Source: Pseudodesulfovibrio mercurii
Lineage (GTDB): Bacteria; Desulfobacterota; Desulfovibrionia; Desulfovibrionales; Desulfovibrionaceae
Reading direction: 5' to 3'
NCBI RefSeq assembly: GCF_000189295.2
Contig: NC_016803.1
Coordinates: 2,460,001-2,492,000 of the forward strand
Length of the DNA stretch: 32,000 bases
Below, piece by piece: positions 9,875 to 19,887 of the stretch. A model generated the notes under the pieces. The model was not told where the DNA came from. It was given only the letters and a program-made list of their open reading frames with translations, and searched no databases. The position numbers and the translations under genes were made by a program. Within the stretch, counting starts at the first letter, position 1; every line of letters starts with the position of its first letter.

Positions 9875-10521
9875 GGGACCACCTCGCAGTTGTTGCGTTC
9901 CCTGCCCGCCCGTCCCGAGGGGGCATCCGCAGCGGTGATGTAAGTCTCGAAAATCTTCCAGTTGGTCTCGGCCTGGGCGGCCATGTCCACATGGCACAGC
10001 CCGCGCCCGGCCAGGATGCCGAGGGTGGAGAACAGCCCGAGAAAGGCGACGAACAGCCGCTCGGGCGGCTCGTCGGCCCGGATGCCCCCTTCGTCCTGGC
10101 CCCGGCGGATGACCGCGGACACCTCGTCCGCGAACTCCTCCAGATGGCGCTTGAACCGTTCGCCCAGGGAAGGCTCCTCGCGCCAGAGCAGGTCCGAATA
10201 GAAGAAGACCGGCACGGCCGGATGACGCTCGAACAGGCGCACCTGGGAGAAAAAAAGGCCGCGCAACCGGGCCACCGGCCCGGCCGCCTCCCGGAACACC
10301 CGTCTCCGGCTCTCGGCGTACACGCCGCTGATGTGCTCCACCACGGCGGCCAGGATCTCGGTCTTGCCCGCGTAGTGGCGATACAGGGCCGGGGGCGTGA
10401 CCCCCACCTGCCGGGCGATATTCTTGACCGTCAGGGCGGAGATCCCCTCGGAGACCACCAGCTTCAGGGCCGCTTCCGCGATCTGTCCCCTGCGGACGTC
10501 GCTGTCGAGACGCTTCCTCAT
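9871..10521 (-). CDS. TetR/AcrR-family transcriptional regulator
   Basis: N-terminal HTH reads [45 protein letters not shown] chose the start at ATG 10519-10521. The upstream TTG at 10557 coincides with the predicted -35 hexamer. This is the first gene of the tetR-hlyD-rbbA-ABC2 operon. Confidence 0.85.
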   Translation of the reverse strand: MRKRLDSDVRRGQIAEAALKLVVSEGISALTVKNIARQVGVTPPALYRHYAGKTEILAAVVEHISGVYAESRRRVFREAAGPVARLRGLFFSQVRLFERHPAVPVFFYSDLLWREEPSLGERFKRHLEEFADEVSAVIRRGQDEGGIRADEPPERLFVAFLGLFSTLGILAGRGLCHVDMAAQAETNWKIFETYITAADAPSGRAGRERNNCEVVP

Positions 10522-10523
10522 AC

Positions 10524-10557
10524 GATTAGTTAATGACCATTCACTAAGGAAAGTCAA
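10524..10557 (-). promoter_or_regulatory. Putative tetR-operon promoter with overlapping palindromic operator
   Basis: On the minus strand the sequence reads TTGACT (10552-10557), then a 17-nt spacer, then ATTAAC/TTAACT. The 22-bp imperfect palindrome TTAGTTAATGACCATTCACTAA (10526-10547, 9 of 11 pairs) covers the spacer and -10. No SD precedes the ATG at 10521, and the predicted TSS is within a few nt of it. Confidence 0.4.
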
Positions 10558-10717
10558 GACGTCCCGCGCGGAACGACGGCGAAACCGGAACCCCCCGCCG
10601 GACGGCGCTCCGGCCGTCCGCCGTCCGGCCTTGACGCGGGCACCCCTTTGCTTCAGGCTTTATGGTGAGACGAATCCCCCGGACCCGTCGGCCACCTCTT
10701 CACGAAGCGAGACGGAC

Positions 10718-13426
<2,709 letters not shown>

Positions 13427-13431
13427 GGGGT

Positions 13432-13470
13432 CGGAACAGACCGGAATATCAAAGGATACCGGGCTGTTCG
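13432..13470 (+). terminator. Terminator-like hairpin downstream of the P-type ATPase (no clear U-tract)
   Basis: CGGAACAGACCGG ... CCGGGCTGTTCG forms an interrupted stem (GAACAG/CTGTTC plus CCGG/CCGG) with a 14-nt loop. It starts 6 nt after the stop codon. No T-run follows, so function is uncertain. Confidence 0.25.
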
Positions 13471-13562
13471 CTCCCCGGCGCAGGGCCTCGCGCGCCCACG
13501 CCCCCCGAGCGCTCCCCCCCTTTCAGGGGCGGGGACCGGGGCGATTCGCCCCACAGAATCCA

Positions 13563-13591
13563 TAAAAAACTAATTATAACACAAATATAAT
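13563..13591 (+). promoter_or_regulatory. Candidate sigma70-type promoter for the MCP gene in an AT-rich island
   Basis: A perfect TATAAT lies at 13586-13591 inside the only strongly AT-rich stretch of this intergenic region (CATAAAAAACTAATTATAACACAAATATAAT). It is about 84 nt upstream of the MCP ATG. No convincing TTGACA-like -35 is present. Confidence 0.25.
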
Positions 13592-13674
13592 AGCCCACTT
13601 TGCTTCAGTTCCGATATGCCCTTGGACAAAACGGGATAATCCACCCGGAACGACAAATCCACCCTGGAGGACAT

Positions 13675-15732
13675 ATGTTCAAGAATCTCAAGCTCGGACT
13701 GAAGCTCGCCCTGGGCTTCGGATGTCTGATTCTTATCGCCGCCGCCCTGGGCAGTCTGGCCATCTACGACATGTTGACCGTAAGCGAGGATTCGCGGCAA
13801 CTCGCCGAGGAATACGTCCCCGAAGTGGCCCTGGCCAACGACCTGGAACGGGACGCCCTGATGACCATGTTCGCCATGCGGGGCTATTCCTTGAGCGAAT
13901 CCGAGACCTACTGGGCCGACGGACGCAAACAGCTGGAAGCGACCATGGAGACCCTGAGCAAGGCCAAGGCCCACGCCGAGCGCTACCCCAACCTGGTCAA
14001 GCTGAAGCAGGACGCGGAGAACGCCGGGCAGGGCGTGGCCGCCTACCAGGGGCTGGCCGACGAGACCCACCGGCTGCTGGGGGGCATGGCCCAGGAGCGC
14101 AAGGCCATGGACGCCGCCGCCGGGGACTTCATGGAGAACTGCCGGGCCTTCCTGGAGACCCAGAACAAGCTCCTGGACCAGGAGTTCAACGCGGGTGAGA
14201 GCCAGGCCCGGATTCTGGAGCGCCACGCCAAGATCATGCTGCTCCGCGACATCATCGACCTGTGCAACACCACCCGCGTCGGCAATTTCAAGTCCCAGGC
14301 CACCCGGACCCCCGAGATCGTGGAGTCGGCCCTGAAGTCGTTCACGCTCATGCGCGACAAGTTCGAGGCCCTCAAGGCCATCACCCGGCGGGCCGAAAAC
14401 CTCCGCCAGCTCGCGGTGATCGATCGCGCGGGCACGGCCTACAGCACGGCCATGAAGCGGTACATGGAGCATTTCCAGGCCCTGGAGGGCCTGAACCAGC
14501 GGCGCAACGCGGCCGGCCTGGCCGTGCTCGCCGCGGCCCGTAACACGGCCGGGGCGGGCGTCGAGGCCACCCAGGTCCGGGCCAACACCGCCATGGCGTC
14601 CCTGAAGACCGCATCCACCGTCATGGCCATCGGGCTGTCCGCGGCCTTCCTCGTCGGGGTCCTCCTGGCCTGGGTGCTGACGCGCATGATCACGCGCCCC
14701 ATCCTGAAGGGCGTGGGCTTTGCCCGGCGCATGAGCGAGGGCGACTTCACCAGCACCCTGGACATCGACCAGCGCGACGAGATCGGCGTCCTGGCCCAGG
14801 CCCTGAACGACATGGTCTCCCGGCTCCAGGCCGTGGTGGCCGACGTGGACACCGCCACCCGCAACGTGGCCGGAGGCAGCGCAGAGCTGTCCGCCTCCTC
14901 CCAGTCCCTGTCCCAGGGGGCCACGGAGCAGGCCGCGTCCATCGAGGAGGTCTCCTCGTCCATGGAGCAGATGGCCGCGAACATCGGCCAGAACGCCGAG
15001 AACGCCCGCGAGACCGAGGCCCTGGCCGCCAAGGCCGCCTCGGACGCCCGCGAGTCCGGCGGGGCCGTGGGCCAGACCGTGGAGGCCATGAAGGAGATCG
15101 CCGAAAAGATCTCGATCATCGAGGAGATCGCCCGCCAGACCAACCTGCTCGCCCTGAACGCGGCCATCGAGGCCGCGCGGGCCGGGGAGCACGGCAAGGG
15201 ATTCGCCGTGGTCGCGGCCGAGGTGCGCAAGCTGGCCGAACGCTCGGGCACGGCCGCCGCAGAGATCAGCGAGCTGTCCTCGACCAGCGTGGCGGTGGCC
15301 GAAAAGGCGGGCCAAATGCTCGGCCAGCTGGTCCCGGACATCGAGCGGACCTCCGCCCTGATCCAGGAGATTACCGCGGCCAGCAACGAACAGAACGCGG
15401 GCGCCACCCAGATCAACCAGGCCATCGGCCAGCTCGACACGGTCATCCAGCAGAACGCCTCGGCCTCGGAGGAGATGGCCTCCACCAGCGAGGAGCTGTC
15501 CAGCCAGAGCCGACAGCTCCAGGAGACCATGTCCTTCTTCAACGTGGGTCACAGCGGACGCGCCGGGCGCAGGCAGGCCGTGGCGCAGGCCGCGCCGACG
15601 GCCGCCCTGCCCGCTCCCAGGCCCGCCAGGTCCGTGTCCCGGCCCGCCGTGTCCGAACACGCCGCGCCCGGAGGATTCCAGGGCGGCATGGACCTGGACA
15701 TGGGCGACGAGGGCGACTTCGAGCGGTTCTGA
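13675..15732 (+). CDS. Methyl-accepting chemotaxis protein (large helical periplasmic sensor, HAMP, MCP signalling domain)
   Basis: I trimmed to the ATG at 13675, with GGAGG at 13666-13670. TM1 is [21 protein letters not shown], followed by a ~270-aa periplasmic region and TM2 [25 protein letters not shown] domain follows ([41 protein letters not shown]). The highly conserved hairpin is present ([44 protein letters not shown]). The C-terminus is ...GDEGDFERF. Confidence 0.95.
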   Translation: MFKNLKLGLKLALGFGCLILIAAALGSLAIYDMLTVSEDSRQLAEEYVPEVALANDLERDALMTMFAMRGYSLSESETYWADGRKQLEATMETLSKAKAHAERYPNLVKLKQDAENAGQGVAAYQGLADETHRLLGGMAQERKAMDAAAGDFMENCRAFLETQNKLLDQEFNAGESQARILERHAKIMLLRDIIDLCNTTRVGNFKSQATRTPEIVESALKSFTLMRDKFEALKAITRRAENLRQLAVIDRAGTAYSTAMKRYMEHFQALEGLNQRRNAAGLAVLAAARNTAGAGVEATQVRANTAMASLKTASTVMAIGLSAAFLVGVLLAWVLTRMITRPILKGVGFARRMSEGDFTSTLDIDQRDEIGVLAQALNDMVSRLQAVVADVDTATRNVAGGSAELSASSQSLSQGATEQAASIEEVSSSMEQMAANIGQNAENARETEALAAKAASDARESGGAVGQTVEAMKEIAEKISIIEEIARQTNLLALNAAIEAARAGEHGKGFAVVAAEVRKLAERSGTAAAEISELSSTSVAVAEKAGQMLGQLVPDIERTSALIQEITAASNEQNAGATQINQAIGQLDTVIQQNASASEEMASTSEELSSQSRQLQETMSFFNVGHSGRAGRRQAVAQAAPTAALPAPRPARSVSRPAVSEHAAPGGFQGGMDLDMGDEGDFERF

Positions 15733-15748
15733 TCCCCACGCACGCATG

Positions 15749-15795
15749 AAAAAAGGGCCGCCCCTCCCGCATGGAGGGGCGGCCCTTGCCGTTTG
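15749..15795. terminator. Bidirectional rho-independent terminator
   Basis: Perfect 13-bp stem GGGCCGCCCCTCC / GGAGGGGCGGCCC (15755-15785) with loop CGCAT. AAAAAA precedes it, giving a U6 tail for the minus-strand SBP gene. TTGCCGTTTG follows it. It sits between convergent stops at 15732 (+) and 15809 (-). Confidence 0.85.
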
Positions 15796-15808
15796 ATCCG
15801 GTGCGCGG

Positions 15809-16774
15809 CTACTCGTGGACCACGGCCGCTTCCTTGAGCAGGGCGTCGGGGACGGTCACGCCCATCTTCGCGGCCGCGGCCGTGTTGATGTGCAGGGAGA
15901 GCTGCTTCTGGAACTCCACCGGGGTGTCGCCGGGCTTGGCCCCGTTCAGGATGCGGATGGCCATGGCCCCGGTCTGGCGGCCGTGCAGGTAGTAGTCGAA
16001 GGCCAGCGCGGCGATGGCCCCGCGCGACACGGAGTCCGCGTCGGCCACGAAGACCGGCGTCCGGCTCCGCTGGCCCACCTTGACGACCACCTCCATGGCC
16101 GAGACCACGGTGTTGTCCGTGGGGACGTAGATGGCGTCCACGTTGCCCACCAGGCTGGCCGCGGCCTGCTGGACGTCGGCGGAGCTGGTCACGGTGGCCT
16201 CCACGATCTCGATGTTCCGCTCCTTGGCCGCGACCTTGATGCGGTTCAGGTTGGACACGGAGTTGGCCTCGCCCGCGTTGTACAGGAAGCCGAGCCGCTT
16301 CAGGTCGGGCAGGAACCTGCGCAGCATGTCCAGGTGCTTGCCCATGGGCATCTGGTTGGACACGCCGGTCACGTCGCCGCCCGGACGCTCGTAGTTGGTC
16401 ACCAGCCCGGCGAGCAGCGGGTCGGTGATGCCGGTGAAGAGCATGGGCGTGCCCTTGAGGGCCGGGGTCTTGTCGTACTGCTTGACCAGGGCCTGGGCAT
16501 TGGGCGTGGCGATGGCCACGATCATGTCCGGCTTGTCGGCCGCCACCTGGGTGGCGATCTGGTAGACAACGCTGATGTTCCCGTGGGAGTTGTAGATATT
16601 GTACTCGGCGTCGATGCCGGCGTCCTTCAGTTCATCCTGAAAACCCTTGAGAATGCCGTCCAGGGCCGGGTGTTCGACGAACTGGCTGATGTCGATGACG
16701 ACCTTGCCCGCGCAGGCCGGGCCGGCCGCGCCCAGGATGAGCAGCGCGGCCATAAGACAAAGAAAACGCTTCAT
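15809..16774 (-). CDS. ABC transporter substrate-binding protein (ABC_sub_bind / COG2984-like), orphan
   Basis: 321 aa. The signal peptide reads MKRFLCLMAALLILGAAGPACA. Family-typical motifs include ISQFVEHPALD, IVAIATPNAQA, GVSNQ and DAIYVPTDNTVVSA. GGGAGGG lies 7 nt upstream of the ATG at 16774. No permease or ATPase gene is nearby. Confidence 0.8.
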   Translation of the reverse strand: MKRFLCLMAALLILGAAGPACAGKVVIDISQFVEHPALDGILKGFQDELKDAGIDAEYNIYNSHGNISVVYQIATQVAADKPDMIVAIATPNAQALVKQYDKTPALKGTPMLFTGITDPLLAGLVTNYERPGGDVTGVSNQMPMGKHLDMLRRFLPDLKRLGFLYNAGEANSVSNLNRIKVAAKERNIEIVEATVTSSADVQQAAASLVGNVDAIYVPTDNTVVSAMEVVVKVGQRSRTPVFVADADSVSRGAIAALAFDYYLHGRQTGAMAIRILNGAKPGDTPVEFQKQLSLHINTAAAAKMGVTVPDALLKEAAVVHE

Positions 16775-16929
16775 GAAATTCCCTCCCGAGGAACAGCTTG
16801 TGGGACAATCCCGTAAAATCCGCTAACGTGTCGGTTTTTCTATAGCAACATGAAAGGACTTGCAAGTTTTGGGCTAAGGGTGCAACATCCGGCCCCTCCA
16901 ACCCACATCCCCATTCCGGATTTTGTACA

Positions 16930-17676
16930 ATGACCCGACCCACCGCGACCCTTTTCATCCAGTGCCTGGTGGATTCCCTGAGTCCCGAGACCGGAGACGC
17001 CATGGTCCACGTGCTGGAACGCCTCGGCGTGCGCATGCACTACCCCCCGGAACAGACCTGCTGCGGCCAGCCCGCCTTCAATTCCGGGTACCGGGAGGAA
17101 GCGGCCAAGGCCGCCCGACGGTTCCTCGACATTTTTGAAAACAGCGAGGCCATCGTCTGCCCGTCCGGCTCCTGCGTGCACATGGTCCGCCACCACTACC
17201 TGGACCTGTTCCGCGACGAGCCCGCCCAGTTGGCCAGGGCGCGCATGGTCGCGGCCAGGACCTTCGAGTTCACCGAGTACCTGGTGGACGTCCTGGGCGT
17301 GACCGACCCCGGCGCGCAGCTCGGCTGCCGCTTCGACGGGGCCGTGACCTACCACGACTCCTGCCACCTCTCGCGGGGGCTGGGCATCCGGCGGCAGCCG
17401 CGCCTGCTCCTCCAGAACACGCCGGGCCTGACCCTGGTGGAGATGGACGAGTCCGACCGCTGCTGCGGCTTCGGCGGGACCTTTTCCGTCAAGTACCCGG
17501 AGATCTCCACGGCCATGGTGGACGACAAGGTCAAAACCATCCTGGACACCGGGGCCGGGACCGTGGTCGGCTGCGACGTGAGCTGCCTGATGAACATCCA
17601 GGGGAGGCTGTCGCGCCTGGGCTCCAATGTCCGCGCCCTGCACATCGCCCGCATCCTGGCCGGGGAGACGAACTAG
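16930..17676 (+). CDS. lutA: Lactate utilization protein A, (Fe-S)-binding CCG-domain oxidoreductase
   Basis: 248 aa. The N-terminus TLFIQCLVDSL and two CCG-type Cys motifs (CCGQP..., CCGFGG) are present. It is followed immediately by lutB and lutC homologues. Confidence 0.85.
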   Translation: MTRPTATLFIQCLVDSLSPETGDAMVHVLERLGVRMHYPPEQTCCGQPAFNSGYREEAAKAARRFLDIFENSEAIVCPSGSCVHMVRHHYLDLFRDEPAQLARARMVAARTFEFTEYLVDVLGVTDPGAQLGCRFDGAVTYHDSCHLSRGLGIRRQPRLLLQNTPGLTLVEMDESDRCCGFGGTFSVKYPEISTAMVDDKVKTILDTGAGTVVGCDVSCLMNIQGRLSRLGSNVRALHIARILAGETN

Positions 17677-17677
17677 C

Positions 17678-19129
17678 ATGCACGAACCGAGCACCAAGAC
17701 CTATGCCGAGCTGGCCCACGACGCCATCGGCAACGAGGAGCTGCACGCGGCCATCCGCATGATCCAGGAGCGCATCGGCAAGTCCACCCAGACCCTGTGG
17801 CGGGACGAGATCACCCCGGAGCACCGCCGGTTGGCCAAGGAGGCGCGGCTGCGCACCCTGGACAACCTGGACCTGGTCCTGGCCACCCTGGCCGACAAGA
17901 TCCGGGCGCGCGGCGGGCACGTGTACTTCGCGGCCACGGCCGAGGACGCGCGCAACTACTGCCTGGACGTGGCCCGCAGGAACAACGTCCGGAGCGTGGT
18001 CAAGGGCAAGTCCATGACCTCGGCAGAGATCGGCGTGGACCCCCTGTTCGAGTCCGAGGGCATCGAGGTGGTCGAGACCGACCTGGGCGAATACATCATC
18101 CAGCTGGCGGGCGACACGCCCTCGCACATCATCGCCCCGTGCATCCACATGAACAAGCGCCAGATCGGCAAACTGTTCGAGGAAAAGCTTTCCATCCCTT
18201 ACTCCGAGGACCCGCCGACCCTGACCAGGGCGGCGCGCAAGGCCCTGCGCGAGAAGCTCCTCGGCGCGGACATGGGCATGAGCGGCTGCAACATCGCCTG
18301 CGCCGAGACCGGCCACGTCTGCCTGGTGTCCAACGAGGGCAACATCCGCATGGCCACGACCATGCCCAGGGTCCACGTGGCCCTCATGGGCATGGAGCGG
18401 GTCACGGCCACCCTGGCCGAGCACGACATGCTCCTGCGCCTGCTGACGCGCGGCGCGGCGGCCCAGAAGGTCTCCACCTACGTCTCCTTCCTGGGCGGCC
18501 CCCGCCAGCCAGGCGAGACCGACGGCCCCGAGGAGTTCCACCTGGTGGTCATCGACAACGGGCGCATGAGGATGCTCGCCGACCCGCGCTTCCGCGAGGT
18601 CCTGTCCTGCATCCGCTGCGGCGGCTGCCTGAACGTCTGCCCGGTCTACGGGCGCATCGGCGGGCACGCCTACAACGGCCCCTACCCCGGCCCCATCGGC
18701 GCGGTGATCATGCCCCTCATCCGGGGGGTCAACGCGCACGCCGACCTCTGCCGGGGCGAGTCCCTGTGCGGGGCGTGCAAGGACATCTGCCCGGTGAACA
18801 ACGACCTGCCGCGCATGCTCTCGGAACTCCGGCACATGCTCGCCTACGGCGACGCGGCCTGGAATGTGGAGCCCGTGGACAGGGCCGAGGCGCTGGCCTT
18901 CAAGGCGTGGGGCGCGGCCATGTCCAGCCGGACCGCCTACAATCTCCTGGTCCGGGCCGGACGGCTGGCCCAGGCCCCGTTCGTCCGGGACGGCGTGCTG
19001 CGCAAGGGCGTCGGCCCCCTGGCCAAGTGGACCGCCACCCGCGATTTTCCGGCCATCGCCGGGAAGACCTTTGCCGAGCGGTGGAAGACCGATCACGCCA
19101 AGCGCCTCAAGGGAGCCGACCATGAATAA
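17678..19129 (+). CDS. lutB: Lactate utilization protein B, 4Fe-4S ferredoxin-type iron-sulfur protein with LUD domain
   Basis: I trimmed to the ATG at 17678, which lies 1 nt after the lutA TAG and has GGAGA upstream. Ferredoxin-like cluster motifs are CIRCGGCLNVCP and CGACKDICP. The family-typical IIAPCIHMNK region is also present. Confidence 0.85.
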   Translation: MHEPSTKTYAELAHDAIGNEELHAAIRMIQERIGKSTQTLWRDEITPEHRRLAKEARLRTLDNLDLVLATLADKIRARGGHVYFAATAEDARNYCLDVARRNNVRSVVKGKSMTSAEIGVDPLFESEGIEVVETDLGEYIIQLAGDTPSHIIAPCIHMNKRQIGKLFEEKLSIPYSEDPPTLTRAARKALREKLLGADMGMSGCNIACAETGHVCLVSNEGNIRMATTMPRVHVALMGMERVTATLAEHDMLLRLLTRGAAAQKVSTYVSFLGGPRQPGETDGPEEFHLVVIDNGRMRMLADPRFREVLSCIRCGGCLNVCPVYGRIGGHAYNGPYPGPIGAVIMPLIRGVNAHADLCRGESLCGACKDICPVNNDLPRMLSELRHMLAYGDAAWNVEPVDRAEALAFKAWGAAMSSRTAYNLLVRAGRLAQAPFVRDGVLRKGVGPLAKWTATRDFPAIAGKTFAERWKTDHAKRLKGADHE

Positions 19130-19859
19130 CGAGCAGCAGTTCCTCGACCGCATCCGCAAGGCCCTGGGCCGGGACCAGGCCCCGGACGCGGCCACCCTGT
19201 TTTCGAGCCGCCCCGAGGGCGAGCTGGACGCGCTCCTGACGCGCGCCGACCGCGACCGCGAGGGGCGGCTGGCCCTCCTGGAACAGCTGGAGCGCAACGC
19301 CGTGCCCCTGAACCTCCACGTTCACGAGGCCGAGGACCTGGCCGAGGCCGGGCTGCGCATCGCGGCCCTGGCGCGCGAGGCCGAGACCGAGTGGGGCGGG
19401 GACAAGCACGTGCTCATGCACGACGATCCCCTGCTGCGCGACCTTAACCTCCCGGAGCTCCTGGCCGACGACGCCATCCGGGTGGATGTGGCCCGCTTCG
19501 AACCGGGCGAGGACGAGCTTGCGGGCAAGGCGCGGCTGCGGGCCGTGGCCGAGTCCGCCTACATCGGCGTGACCGGCGCGGACTGGTGCGCCGCGGACTG
19601 CGCGGCCATCGCCCTGCTCACCGGGCCGGGCCACGGCCGGGCCGTGTCCCTGGTGCCGTCCATCCACGTGGCGGTGCTGCCCCTGGAGCGGCTGGTGGCC
19701 GACCTGCCCGAGGGATACGCCCTGCTCGAAGGCCGCGGGGAACTGCCCGGCTCCTTCACCTTCATCTCGGGACCGTCCAAGACGGCGGACATCGAGGCCC
19801 AGCTGGTCCACGGGGCCCACGGGCCGCGCGAGATGCACCTGTTCGTGGTCACGGGCTAG
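19122..19859 (+). CDS. lutC: Lactate utilization protein C (LUD-domain protein)
   Basis: I trimmed to the ATG at 19122 (MNNEQQFLDRIRKALG...), which overlaps the lutB 3' end by 8 nt. The product is 245 aa. The C-terminal region SFISGPSKTADIE is typical of YkgG/LutC. Confidence 0.8.
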   Translation: MNNEQQFLDRIRKALGRDQAPDAATLFSSRPEGELDALLTRADRDREGRLALLEQLERNAVPLNLHVHEAEDLAEAGLRIAALAREAETEWGGDKHVLMHDDPLLRDLNLPELLADDAIRVDVARFEPGEDELAGKARLRAVAESAYIGVTGADWCAADCAAIALLTGPGHGRAVSLVPSIHVAVLPLERLVADLPEGYALLEGRGELPGSFTFISGPSKTADIEAQLVHGAHGPREMHLFVVTG

Positions 19860-19887
19860 GCCCGGAACCCCTCACCTTCATCGGGAA

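Noticed and set aside
6057-9992. A 1311-aa ORF, suggesting a giant fusion protein.
   Set aside because: Its N-terminal ~400 aa are low-complexity Arg/Gly/Pro sequence lying in an alternate frame of the well-formed HlyD-family gene (8795-9874). A GTG at 8798 overlapping the HlyD stop gives a canonical 913-aa RbbA-type protein.
10555-10557. The TTG at 10557 as the TetR start codon (the start used by the ORF track).
   Set aside because: It has no SD and coincides with the TTGACT -35 hexamer. It would add 12 residues (TFLSEWSLTNR) encoded by the operator palindrome itself. The ATG at 10521 gives a normal distance to the HTH.
13570-15747. Very long antisense or alternate-frame ORFs. Examples: 13570-15747 (-) 725 aa, 10963-13590 (+) 875 aa, 11588-13384 (-), 6750-8867 (+) 705 aa, 17531-19297 (-), 19856-21622 (-), 19969-21831 (+), 1154-2587 (-), 137-1183 (+), 3531-4931 (+), 4867-6060 (+), 21788-22930 (+) and 26496-28202 (-).
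   Set aside because: All overlap genes with clear domain signatures. All are dominated by Arg/Gly/Pro/Ala/His/Asp runs typical of stop-poor frames in high-GC DNA, and none has a recognisable motif or SD. I treat them as shadow ORFs.
16868-16884. A sigma54-like element, TTGGGCTAAGGGTGCAA, upstream of lutA.
   Set aside because: The GG-to-GC spacing is one nucleotide shorter than the strict -24/-12 geometry (TGGCAC-N5-TTGC). The -24 element is GGGC rather than GGCAC. No enhancer-binding protein gene is nearby.
13588-17617. A sigma28 (FliA)-like promoter for the MCP gene: TAAT ... TCCGATAT at 13588-13617. The end coordinate given here should read 13617.
   Set aside because: The -10-like TCCGATAT resembles GCCGATAA. 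However, the only TAAA-like -35 is 18 nt away instead of about 15, so the element does not fit the consensus geometry.
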